A stretch of DNA of 59,855 nucleotides, filler included. It is 9 parts of 9 records of this genome, joined end to end, with 100 filler letters (N's around TTAATTAATTAA, not from the genome) between each part and the next. Parts side by side here need not be neighbours in the genome. Positions count along the whole stretch, not along the records: positions 10,774 to 17,004 come from SRR31147125_102504; positions 17,105 to 27,300 come from SRR31147125_102838; 7 more parts are not named here. One strand, 5' to 3'. The notes under the pieces were generated by a model that saw only the letters and a program-made list of their open reading frames with translations, was not told where the DNA came from and did no database searches. The translations under genes and the position numbers were made by a program. The number at the start of each line of letters is the position of its first letter. Position 1 is the first letter of the stretch. Shown here piece by piece: positions 10,674 to 21,103 of the stretch.

Positions 10674-10857
10674 NNNNNNNNNNNNNNNNNNNNNNNNNNN
10701 NNNNNNNNNNNNNNNNNTTAATTAATTAANNNNNNNNNNNNNNNNNNNNNNNNNNNNNNNNNNNNNNNNNNNNTACCAGACAACTTGTGTCCAGGTACTT
10801 AGATCGACTGACGCAATGTAGCATAGAGTTGTGTAACGAAAATTGACAAAAAAGAGA

Positions 10858-10885
10858 TAGGGGGCGGATTTAAAATCCGTCCCTA
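10858..10885. repeat. REP-like imperfect palindrome
   Basis: TAGGGGGCGGATTT-A-AAATCCGTCCCTA upstream of trmB. Confidence 0.5.
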
Positions 10886-10909
10886 AAGTTAGGTATATGT
10901 CTTGATGCC

Positions 10910-11668
10910 ATGCCCAAGAACAAGCGCATAAAGTACCAAAAAATTCAATCCCTTCCCAACGTCACGATTTCCGATGAAAAACACCTGAGATCAAGCCCTC
11001 CCGTTTCCTACCCCTGGGATGCGCCAACATTCCAAAACATGGAGGTCATTCTGGAACTCGGCTGCGGAAAAGGGGAACACACCCTTGCCTTTGCAATGGC
11101 AAATCCCCGCCGTCTCTGCATCGGCGTTGACTTTAAAAGTCATAGGCTCTGTGTCGGCGCTGAAAACGCCCTGTCGGAAGGATTGGACAATGTTCATTTT
11201 CTCCGGGCCCGTATCGAAGACATTCAGCACTTTTTTACTCATCAAGCGATTCGGGAAATCTGGCTCACCTTTCCCGATCCCCACCCCAAACAGCGAAGTA
11301 TCAAACATCGCCTCACCTCACCCGGCTTTTTAGATGCATATGCCCATCTGCTCATTCCCGGAGGTAAGTTGCACCTTAAAACCGACAGCGATCTGCTTTT
11401 CAACTATACGTTGGCCTCCGTCAAAGCGTGGGGCGGTTCAATCTTGTATTCATCAACAAACATCCATGCCCATCCCCCAACGGATGCCCCCCAAACCTCT
11501 CTGCCTATCTCTCATTTTGATACGCCTTCGCCCTTTTTCCTCCTCTCTACGCCTGACACCAAGACAATCAGCACCCCATCCATTCCTGCTATTTCAGCGT
11601 TTGAAAGAAATGCGTTGTCACAAGGATGCACCATAAAATACATGGCTTGCTCTCTACACACAAAATAG
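10910..11668 (+). CDS. trmB: tRNA (guanine-N7)-methyltransferase
   Basis: LELGCGKGE, IWLTFPDPHPK...HRL and LHLKTD motifs. Confidence 0.93.
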   Translation: MPKNKRIKYQKIQSLPNVTISDEKHLRSSPPVSYPWDAPTFQNMEVILELGCGKGEHTLAFAMANPRRLCIGVDFKSHRLCVGAENALSEGLDNVHFLRARIEDIQHFFTHQAIREIWLTFPDPHPKQRSIKHRLTSPGFLDAYAHLLIPGGKLHLKTDSDLLFNYTLASVKAWGGSILYSSTNIHAHPPTDAPQTSLPISHFDTPSPFFLLSTPDTKTISTPSIPAISAFERNALSQGCTIKYMACSLHTK

Positions 11669-11702
11669 AGTAAACTGAATTTTTTTCATTCCACCATCAA
11701 AA

Positions 11703-14700
11703 ATGGGGCAAGCCATGCAAACGACCAACTCGGATCACCTTCTCTCTCTTGACATGACCACGGTTCCCCTTGAGGGGGCCAACCTCATAGAGGCCAGTGC
11801 CGGAACCGGGAAGACCTTTACCATCGCCAATCTCTACCTGCGATTAATCCTGGAATACCGGTTGAGCGTCAGTGAAATCCTGGTGGTCACGTTTACGGAA
11901 AAAGCAACCAAAGAGCTCAAGGAGAAACTACGCCTCAACTTGGAAACCGCCCTTTCTTTTTTAAATCAGCTGATGCTTTCAGAAGAAGTTACGCTCGCAT
12001 TCACAGCCATAAATAATTCCCCATTGGAACGCATTCTGAAAAACTTCCTGGAATCTCAAAATAACCTAGATATGGACAGGGCACTGAAACAGGCCATCAA
12101 ACGACTCCGATTGGCCGTGGTCAGCTTTGACGAAGCCGCCGTGTTCACCATCCACGGATTTTGTCAACGCATGCTCAACGAGAATGCATTTGAAAGCGGA
12201 CTCCCCTTTGATGTCGAACTGTTGACGGACGACACCGAGCTTCTTACGGAGATCGTCAACGACTTCTGGCGCCTCAACATCCAGACGGTTGATGACGCCC
12301 TTGCCGGGCACTTGACCAATGCCGGATTTTCCAGGGAAACGTTGCTGGAAACGGCACAACGTCTTAACGGTAAGGAAGAAATATGCATTGACGGGAAACG
12401 GTCAGCACCGCCGGATCTGAATCTCTATACCGGCAGTCAAAATAAAGTTGATAGTGAGTATATTCATGCGGATCCCGACGACGAAAATGAACGTCTCGCG
12501 GAAAAGGCAGACGACGGGGAAGGCCTGGATAGCCATGGTCATTTTGGGAGTGAGGGGGAAAAAAAGAGTGATGAAAATGGGATAAACCAATCGAGAATAC
12601 TCCATATCATGGAATCCATGAAAACGCTTTCCAACGAGATGGAAACATGGGCAATTCGCCTCAAATCACCCCGATTCCGACAAGACGTAGGAGGGTTTTT
12701 GATGGATGCCCAAATATTCAATCAACCCTACAACAGAGCCGATAAACTCAATGCGCACTTTGATAAATTATTGGAAATCCTTGAGAACCCGGCTCAGTCA
12801 ATTAAGCCGCCCTGTATCTTTTCCTTCAGTCATCTGGTTGAAAAGCGATCCAAAAAAGCAATCACCGCAAATGCTGCCGTTCCGGAGCATCCCCTATTTG
12901 CATTTGCAGAGACACTGCCCCAACTGAAAGAGAGCTATATACGCTGCAGCAGACAGATTTTAGTGCAGATCAAAGTCGATTTTGCCTCATTTTTCACGGA
13001 AGCCTGGAAAGAGAGAAAGTCCAAACGGGGATTTCAAACATTCAACGATATTCTGCTCAACCTCAGACGGGCGCTGAGAAAAGATCAAGCCCATGACGGT
13101 CGATTCCGGGATCTGATCCGCTCTAAAATCAAAGCCGCCATGATCGATGAATTCCAGGACACCGATCCCGTACAGTTTGAAATTTTCAGATTGCTGTTTC
13201 TTCCCCAAAAAAATTCAGCCGACTTCGAGCCGTCATCAAAAAGAACAGCACCCTCCGAGTTCCCCACTGGACAAGTACCTGCATTCGAACCGTTCTCTGA
13301 GTCCGTACCAATGAGACCTACCGCCACGGATTCCATTCCTCTTTTTCTCATCGGGGATCCCAAGCAGTCCATCTATCGATTCCGGGGCGCTGATATTTAT
13401 GCCTATCTTCAGGCCAAACAACTGGTGGAAAAACGGTGGACCCTCAACACCAATTACCGGGCGGAAAGCGGTATTATCGAAGCGCTCAACTATCTTTTCA
13501 TCCAAGATCGAACCGCAGATCGATCGTCCCTCAATCCGTTTGCCGAGCCCGGAATTCCTTATCTTCGCGTCTCATCCGGAGGAATCATCGACAAAGAGGC
13601 CGCTTTGAAAGAGATCACGCAGAAAGAGACGGATTTAATGGCGCAAACCGATCCCCCCGATCCCGGGCTTTCCGTACTCTATCTCAAAAATGATGACAAA
13701 GTGATGAGTACCACGGATGCCGAGGCCGCTGTCTGCGATTTAATCACAAGAGAGATATTCACTCTTGTCCATGCCGGATCTGAAAACCGATTAGGGTTTG
13801 TCGATACTCAGAATGCCGCACAAGCATTCACACCGCTGAAAGTATCGGATATTGCCGTACTTGTCCGAACCCGAAAAGAGGCGGCAAAAGTGCGGGCCCA
13901 TCTTGACGGTGCCGGCATTCCCAGTGTCATTCAGGCCGGCGACAATGTCTTTCAGAGTGACGAGGCGCCCCATATGTTGGCACTGCTGACGGCGGTCTCG
14001 CAACCGGCAGACTACACCCTGCGCCCGTTTCTGCTCACGCCGATCATGGGAAAAACCATCGAAGATATGGAAGAGATCGCCGACAGCACCATCCAAGGGT
14101 ACTATCAAAGATGCATCGAGTTGCATCAAATCTGGAGTCGAAACGGATTCATGAGCATGTTCCGAACCGTGATGACCAAAGAGCGGGGCTATCAGCGAAT
14201 CCTCTCCATGCCGGGCGGCGAGCGGACCATCACCAACATCCTGCACCTTGCCGAGCTGATTCATCAACACGCCTTGGAGAGCCGAAGCGGTATCGAAGGA
14301 ACATTGACCTGGTTCCGGGAGCGGTTGCACCATTCCGATGAGCAGGCAGAACATGAAATTCACTTGGAACGGGATGCAGACGCCCTTCAGATCATCACGG
14401 TGCACAGCAGTAAAGGGCTGGAGTACCGCGTGGTGTTTTGCCCGTTTGAGTGGCGACGAAAATTCACCGGTTCCGGTCTTCCCAATCAAAAGCCTGAGAT
14501 AATGGGATATTACAATCGCAGCCATGGCTATTGGGAGCTGGATCTGTTTCCTGACGGACCGGAGTGGGACGCCCATATGGCCATGAACTATCATGAAATC
14601 CTTGCTGAAAATGTCCGTCTGCTCTATGTGGCCCTGACCCGGGCCAAAAATCACTGTTACCTCGTTACCGGCGATGTCAGCGGAAGTATCCAAAGCGCTC

Positions 14701-16315
14701 TCAATTATCTGCTGAATGGAAATGGCGGTATCCCATTATCCCCGGAAGCAGATACGGATACAAATGGCGATGGGGTTGGGGAGAGGGATGAAGATGGAAA
14801 TAGGAATGAGAATAACCGCAACCGTGTGGATGGCTATATCAGAGAGATGACCCCCGGCGGTACAGGCATGGGCAAGAAGATACAGGCACTGACCGGAAAC
14901 ATGCTAAACAGGCTCAGAGGCCTTACCGCATCTTCGGACAACTTGATTGCACTGCGGGAAATTCCATCCGAGCAATTGAACCAAACGCCATTTGATGAGA
15001 CGCTCTCCCTGAACATGGATGAAGGGGTCTCCTTAACGAACAGACGTCTTCCACGGCCCATGGAGAATACCTGGGGAATCGCCAGTTTCTCATGGTTGAC
15101 TCGAAATATCGGTCATGGCCACAGGCAGGCAGAGCCCCTCAAAGAGGATCCGGATGTATCCGATGAATTGACTGGTGTGCCGTCACCTGTCCCCGGCAGT
15201 GCCGGTAGCATCGGATGCGCCGGCAGTATCGAAAGCGTTGGAAGCTTCGGAAGCGCCATCACAGGAAGTTCTGCTGATATCGGAAGTGATGCACAAAATG
15301 CCTCGACCTTGCCTTCTGCCGATTCCGCAATACTCCCCAAGGGTGCCCGAACCGGTCTGGCCATTCATGAAATTTTTGAAAAAATTGATTTTATAGCCTC
15401 CGGTAGAGTAGCTGACCTCCCTGGCATAAGTATGAATGGTATGGATGCCGACGCGATCACCAAAGCAACCGAAAAGATGAAAAAAACCGGAGATATTGCT
15501 GTCTCCTCAGGCATCAAAGCCACCGGAGCTACCAGAACTACCGGCGCTACCGGAGAGATTGTGGTAGCCGCACTAAAGAAATTCGGCATCATTCACCCGG
15601 ATAAAAAGGATGAGTACCGCATCCGATTGGATGCCGCCCTTGCCATGGTCGACAATGTGCTGCACACGCCCATTCCTTTATCTTCAGCGTTATCTTCGAG
15701 GCGAAACGTCATTCCCAAAGCTCCCGCTTCCAACCAGCACAAGATTGATACAACCATACCAACCGAGCCCCCCCCATGGAAACATTTCAGTTGTCTTATA
15801 TCCCTCCATCCGCCCGTCTGAACGAGCTGGAGTTTTTCTATCCCATCAACAGACTCACCCCCAAAGGGCTGACTGACGTATTCAAACAGCACGGCATCGA
15901 CCATGTGGGAGATGAATTTGCCCATCGAATTGAGCAGCTCGACTTCAACCTTCGGAATGGATTCATGCAAGGATTTGTGGATCTCATCTTCGAGTATCAA
16001 GGGCAATATTACATCCTGGACTGGAAGAGCAACTGGCTGGGAGATCATCCGGACGCCTACACCTCACAGGCCATCGAGCAAAGCATGATCGATGCCTGCT
16101 ATATTTTGCAATATCACATCTACCTTGTTGCCGTGGATCTATGGCTCTCATCCAAGCTCCCCACTTACAACTATGATACCCATTTCGGCGGCGTCATCTA
16201 TGCCTATGTCCGGGGAATGAATCCCACGCGCTCCGGAAGCGGCATTTACTTTGACCGTCCCACCGAACCGCTGATCCGCGCCTTGGGCAAATCCCTCGGA
16301 GTTCATCATGAATGA
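11703..16315 (+). CDS. recB: Exodeoxyribonuclease V beta subunit; frameshift at C8 tract 15768-15775 separates helicase and nuclease parts
   Basis: EASAGTGKT, VTFT..AT.EL, IDEFQDT, GDPKQSIYRFRGAD, TVHSSKGLEY, LLYVALTRAK; nuclease motifs GFVDLIF...ILDWKSN...LQY in ORF 15776-16315. Confidence 0.93.
15195..15257 (+). repeat. Degenerate 9-bp tandem repeat (7 units) inside recB
   Basis: GGCAGTGCC GGTAGCATC GGATGCGCC GGCAGTATC GAAAGCGTT GGAAGCTTC GGAAGCGCC; a second 4-unit 9-bp array (GCYACCGGA-like) lies at 15519-15554. Confidence 0.7.
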
Positions 16316-17004
16316 TATATTTTCCCCCTCCCCGCCCCCTTTTCAGGCAGCGATATCCAACTCCGCTCACCTCATATCGAGGAAATATCGCCATATTCCC
16401 GGATTGAGGAAATTGACTTTCAATTTGCCGATTTCATGGTGCGTCTAGCCGCATCAACGTCCAAACCGCCGACTCAGCAGCCGCTGACTGCTCAATTGAC
16501 TGATAATGATACCGACAGTGACAAGACCGTGAACGCTCTTTTTCAATCCGCACTGATGTTGAGCTATCTGACCGGCCTTCGAAACTCTGCCATGGATCTA
16601 AAAAAAACAGCCGGTCGGCCCATTGAGGCATTCATTGAGATCGAAGAGCGCATCCCTCCCACGGGCATCTCATTTCCATCGTTTGACACCCTGTTGAAGA
16701 TGCTTAACAAGCATCCGGCAGTGGTCGGTATCGTGCCGGATCACTTCACCGATCATATTCAGACGCCCATGTTGCTGGATGAAGAAGGCAAGCTCTATCT
16801 CAATCGTTATTGGCAGTATGAGTTAAAAGTTGCCCAGGCGATCCGGACAAGGCTCTCATGGAAAAACAGTAAGGACGAAAAAAAACAAGTTCAAAAGATA
16901 CATAATGAGAATGAGAAAGAAAAAGAGAACGGAGACGGGGGCACCCTTCAACCCTATTTTTCCAAAACAACTCAACCATTGATCGAGCGCCTTTTCCCTC
17001 CCCC
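16308..17004 (+). CDS. recD: Exodeoxyribonuclease V alpha subunit, N-terminal part (3' partial; apparent early frameshift)
   Basis: EEIDFQFADFM and TPMLLD..GKLYLNRYWQYELKVA motifs; directly follows recB; the ATG at 16308 is out of frame across the C-rich tract at 16324-16339. Confidence 0.8.
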
Positions 17005-17435
17005 NNNNNNNNNNNNNNNNNNNNNNNNNNNNNNNNNNNNNNNNNNNNTTAATTAATTAANNNNNNNNNNNNNNNNNNNNNNNNNNNNNNNNNNNNNNNN
17101 NNNNGGGTCCTTTTTTCAATGCCGGGTTGGGACGGCCGGCCAAAGACCTTTACACGGTCGTCGGGGTTCTTGTCCTGCAACAAACCCATGATTTGACCGA
17201 CCAGGAGGCTATGGATCAACCGTCCTTCAACCTGTTATTATTCTATGTTTTCAGAATGTTATAGGAAGGCGGGCGAATGCATCCAAAAAATACCCCAGTT
17301 TCTCTGCCTTGCCGGCAAAGATGACAGACCGATCCATGCTAATCGAGGACCAGTGTGGTTCACCTTGAAAAGCCGGGCATTCGATCTTGGAAGCCGCCAT
17401 TTTTTTAGGTGACGCACACGGGATGGAAAAAGGAC

Positions 17436-17463
17436 TTGGCAAAACGAACGTTCGTGCTATTTT
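17436..17463 (+). promoter_or_regulatory. Promoter with central palindromic operator of the TetR gene
   Basis: TTGGCA-N16-TATTTT enclosing the perfect palindrome ACGAACGTTCGT (17444-17455); the ATG is 7 nt after the -10. Confidence 0.6.
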
Positions 17464-17470
17464 ACTGTTC

Positions 17471-18051
17471 ATGAAAAAAGGCGATCATACCCGGCAGGTC
17501 ATTCTGGAGACCGGGCTGAAAATGGCCAGTAGTGTCGGGTTGGAGGCCGTGACCATCGGCGAACTGGCCAAGGCGATCGGCATGTCCAAAAGCGGCCTCT
17601 TCGCCCATATTCAGTCCAAGGAAAACCTGCAGATGGAAATCCTGGCCTATGCCGGACAAGTCTTCGCCGATCACGTCGTCGTTCCGGCCCTTATCGTGCC
17701 GGCGGGCGTGGAGCGCATCAAGGCGCTGGTCACCAACTGGGTTACCTGGACCGAACGGCTGACCGGCGGTTGTATTTTCGTGGCCGCCAGCACCGAATTC
17801 AGTGACCGGCCGGGTTCGGTGCGGGACTTTTTGCTGCGTCAGCAGGCCGATTGGCTCGACAGCCTCACCCGCATGGCCCGTTCGGCCGTCCGCGTGGGAG
17901 ATTTCAGGACCGATATCGATCCCGGACAGTTTGCCTTCGATCTTTACTCGCTACTGCTGGGCTTTCACTTGTACGACAAGCTGTTGCAGGATACCCAAAC
18001 CCGCCAGCGTCAGCAGTCCGCGCTCGAGCGCTACTGGCGACCTACCGATAG
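17471..18051 (+). CDS. TetR/AcrR family transcriptional regulator (single-base frameshift near 18031)
   Basis: MKKGDHTRQVILE...TIGELAKAIGMSKSGLFAHIQSKENL helix-turn-helix and GGCIF motif; natural end LERLLATYR* lies in a shifted frame. Confidence 0.85.
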
Positions 18052-18108
18052 CCGGCGCCTGGGGAATTCCCCCTCAGCTTCGCCCCCAAGAGAACAGGAG
18101 AAACAAAC

Positions 18109-18782
18109 ATGGCCCAAAGGTTCTATTTGTCCACGGTTGGAACGGCAGGGGGATCCAGTTTCTCTCCTTCTTCAAACCAGTGATCGAGGCCGGCTGTTCG
18201 GTGATTGCCGTCGACGGGCCGGCCCACGGCGCCTCCATGGGGCAGGCCACCAACTACTTCGAATTCACCGACATGGTGCGCCAAATCATCAATCCGTCGA
18301 GCGGGTTCGATATCCGGGGGGTGGTGGCCCACTCGCTGGGCGCCTCGGCGGTGATCAACGCCCTGGCCCACGAAGCCATGGCCACGGATGCCGTATTGAT
18401 CGCTCCGGTGTTGCGGTTGAAGGAGATGCTGACCAACACCTTTATGCGCTACGGTGTGCCCCGGTGGATGGTCGCATCGATGATCGGCCACTTGGAAACA
18501 CGCTTCGGCTATGGTCTGGATCGCGACAATCCCATCCAGGCTGCAGCCAAGGTCCAATCCCGACTGTTGCTGGTCCACGACCGCGATGATGCGGTGACAC
18601 CGGTTGCCGATACAGAAGCGTTGGCAGCATCCAGGACCCGCATCGGCCTACTCGCCACCCAAGGGTTGGGTCACAGTCGCATCCTCGGTGATCCGAATGT
18701 GGTGGAAGGCACGGTACGTTTTTTAATCACGGATCCACGGCAGGCTGGCGCCAGGCCAGATGCTCTGAGCGTGTCGGGATGA
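18109..18782 (+). pseudogene. Alpha/beta hydrolase lacking its N-terminus
   Basis: GPKVLFVHGWNG, AHSLG, VHDRDD and GLGHSRIL motifs; the AGGAG plus ATG at 18109 is out of frame with the body. Confidence 0.7.
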
Positions 18783-18836
18783 TTGCCTTCGGCCGAAATG
18801 AAAGAGATTACAGAGAATTCAAGGCTCCGCGATTCA

Positions 18837-20183
18837 CTATTTAATCTTATCCTTCATCGCCCGCCATTGCTTCAAACGCCCGGCGATCATCTTCTCATAG
18901 CCCCGGTCCGTTGGGAAGTAAAAGAGGCTGCCGGCAATGGCGTCGGGAAGATGCTCCTGGGCGGCGTAGCCATCCTTGTAATCGTGGGCATAGCGGTAAT
19001 CCTTGCCGTAGCCCAAATCCTTCATCAAACCGGTCGGCGCGTTGCGGATATGCAGCGGCACCGGCAGGGCACCTTTTTTCCTTGCCACTTTGCGTGCTGT
19101 GTTCCAGGCCTTGTAAACGCTGTTGCTCTTGGGCGCCGTGGCCAGATAGACTGCCGCCTGGGCCAGGGCCAGGTCACCTTCCGGGTGTCCCAAAAAGCGG
19201 AAAGATTCCATGGCCCCCAATGCGATACGCAGGGCAAAGGGATCGGCATTGCCCACGTCTTCGGATGCGAAGCGTACCATGCGCCGCGCCACGTATAAGG
19301 CATCTTCACCGGCCTCCAGCATGCGTGCCAGCCAGTACAGCGCGGCATCGGGATCGCTGCCACGCAGGCTTTTGTGAAAAGCGGAGATAAGATTAAAATG
19401 CTCATCCCCGTGCTTGTCGTATAGCAGGGCCTTCTTTTGCAGTGCCTTTTCCACATGGGCGACGGCGATGGTCCTCGGCTTTTGTGTTGCCCCGGAGGTC
19501 TCGGCAAGAGTCAATGTTGCCGCGACCTCCAGGCTGTTGAGCACGCTGCGCGCATCCCCGGCGGAAATGCCGATCAAATGCTCGCGGGCGTTTTCGGATA
19601 GCGTCAGCCCGAGACCGCCAAGGCCGGCACCGGCGTCCGCCAGGGCTCGATCGGTCACCTGGCCCAGGGCCTCATCGTCCAGCAGGTTGAGGGTGATCAC
19701 CCGGCAGCGGGAAAGCAACGGAGAAATGACTTCGAAAGATGGATTTTCGGTGGTGGCGCCGATCAAGGTGATCAATCCGGATTCCACATGGTGAAGAAAC
19801 GCATCCTGCTGGGCCTTGTTGAACCGGTGGATCTCGTCCACGAACAGGATCGTGCGCTTGCGCTGGAACTGGCGCTGTTTCTTGGCCTCCTCGATCACTT
19901 CGCGGATCTGCTTAACACCGGCCAGCACCGCCGAAAAATGGATAAAATGAGACTCGGTCTCCCGGGCGATGATCCGCGCCAGGGTGGTTTTGCCGCATCC
20001 CGGCGGCCCCCACAGAATCATGGAAAAGATGCGATCGTTTTCGATGGCGTGGCGCACCAGGCTGCCCGGCCCGGTGACGTCAGCCTGCCCGAAAACATCC
20101 TCCAGCCGCCGGGGGCGCATGCGTTCGGCCAGCGGGCGCTCATGGTCGGCGGTGGCTTGAGCCTGTTGGTCGAAAAGCTCCAT
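18837..20183 (-). CDS. rarA: Replication-associated recombination protein A
   Basis: [39 protein letters not shown] and [11 protein letters not shown] motifs. Confidence 0.96.
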   Translation of the reverse strand: MELFDQQAQATADHERPLAERMRPRRLEDVFGQADVTGPGSLVRHAIENDRIFSMILWGPPGCGKTTLARIIARETESHFIHFSAVLAGVKQIREVIEEAKKQRQFQRKRTILFVDEIHRFNKAQQDAFLHHVESGLITLIGATTENPSFEVISPLLSRCRVITLNLLDDEALGQVTDRALADAGAGLGGLGLTLSENAREHLIGISAGDARSVLNSLEVAATLTLAETSGATQKPRTIAVAHVEKALQKKALLYDKHGDEHFNLISAFHKSLRGSDPDAALYWLARMLEAGEDALYVARRMVRFASEDVGNADPFALRIALGAMESFRFLGHPEGDLALAQAAVYLATAPKSNSVYKAWNTARKVARKKGALPVPLHIRNAPTGLMKDLGYGKDYRYAHDYKDGYAAQEHLPDAIAGSLFYFPTDRGYEKMIAGRLKQWRAMKDKIK

Positions 20184-20292
20184 GCCTGCCTATATATACC
20201 AGTCGCCGATCAAAAAAAAGGCGATGGCCATGAAAATAAGGATAATTTTTCCGGTTGGCGTCAGGCGTCTCGAAATGGTGGACCGCAGTCCG

Positions 20293-20724
20293 TCACCGGC
20301 AGCACTGCGATTCGCCATTGCTGTTGGAGGTGATCAGAACCAACGGTGTTGGTGGCCTGCCCGTCGGCCCAAGCGGGCTATCGTTTTTGATTTTTGCCTC
20401 GTGGTTATCATCAACATCGACCTCGTCGATATCGATGGCGATTGTATTCATCAAATTCACCAGTGCATTGTGTAGAAGACCGTCACAGTAGCTCGGCCGG
20501 TAGGCGGTCATTTTGTTCTGAACCCGGAATAAATAACCGGCATAGCCGACCGTGGCCCTGACCTGCGATGCGACCCGCCTGGTTTTCTCGGCAGTGCGCA
20601 TCGTTTCCAAGGTCATGTCCACCCACTGGCGCTGATTGGCCGCATTGGCATTCTTTTCGGTAACACGCTGATAATTTAGAAGACGTTTCATGGTAATCTG
20701 GGTAATCGCGATGATCTGATACAA
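20293..20724 (-). CDS. Hypothetical protein, probable sigma54 target
   Basis: AAGGAG Shine-Dalgarno before the TTG at 20724 (MYQIIAITQITMKRLL...), downstream of a sigma54 promoter; 3' end uncertain. Confidence 0.5.
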   Translation of the reverse strand: MYQIIAITQITMKRLLNYQRVTEKNANAANQRQWVDMTLETMRTAEKTRRVASQVRATVGYAGYLFRVQNKMTAYRPSYCDGLLHNALVNLMNTIAIDIDEVDVDDNHEAKIKNDSPLGPTGRPPTPLVLITSNSNGESQCCR

Positions 20725-20843
20725 CGGGTCAATCTCCTTTTGCTGTTTTAAAAATTCGTTTATATCGGACCGTTTCCCGAAATTGATGACTGTGGGGACG
20801 TCCGGTAAACGCGCCTTTCTGAACGCCGGCACCTTAAATTCGA

Positions 20844-20859
20844 AGCAACGGCCATGCCA
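20844..20859 (-). promoter_or_regulatory. Sigma54 (-24/-12) promoter
   Basis: TGGCATGGCCGTTGCT matches TGGCAY-N5-TTGCW and is adjacent to an enhancer-binding protein gene. Confidence 0.75.
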
Positions 20860-21008
20860 TGGACAAAAAAATAACAATTCGCTTATATTTCAGGTATTTT
20901 AATAATGACAAAAGCTAATCCTGACGTATACCAGAGGTTATTACCGGCATAAGACCTTGATATCTTGGGAATTAGATAGTCGTCGGCCGACGGCCGGGCG
21001 ACGGAACA

Positions 21009-21087
21009 ATGGGGCAAGGCTGCCCCTCATTCGGGGAAAACACTTTTTTTTCGAAATATTACAAAAGGATACAGAGATGGGGCAAGG
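21009..21087. promoter_or_regulatory. Candidate upstream activator sites
   Basis: ATGGGGCAAGG occurs at 21009 and 21077; the first copy is part of the palindrome GGGGCA-N4-TGCCCC; 150-230 bp upstream of the sigma54 promoter. Confidence 0.45.
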
Positions 21088-21103
21088 ATGGTGCAAATTG
21101 GGT

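Noticed and set aside
13791-14693. Long antisense ORFs (e.g. 13791-14693, 21899-22480, 29657-30337, 57318-57956)
   Set aside because: Each lies fully opposite a well-supported gene and has no recognisable motifs. They are codon-bias shadows.
17387-18589. 400-aa TetR fusion ORF in the track
   Set aside because: It results from a one-base shift near 18031. The tail is an off-frame reading of the hydrolase gene.
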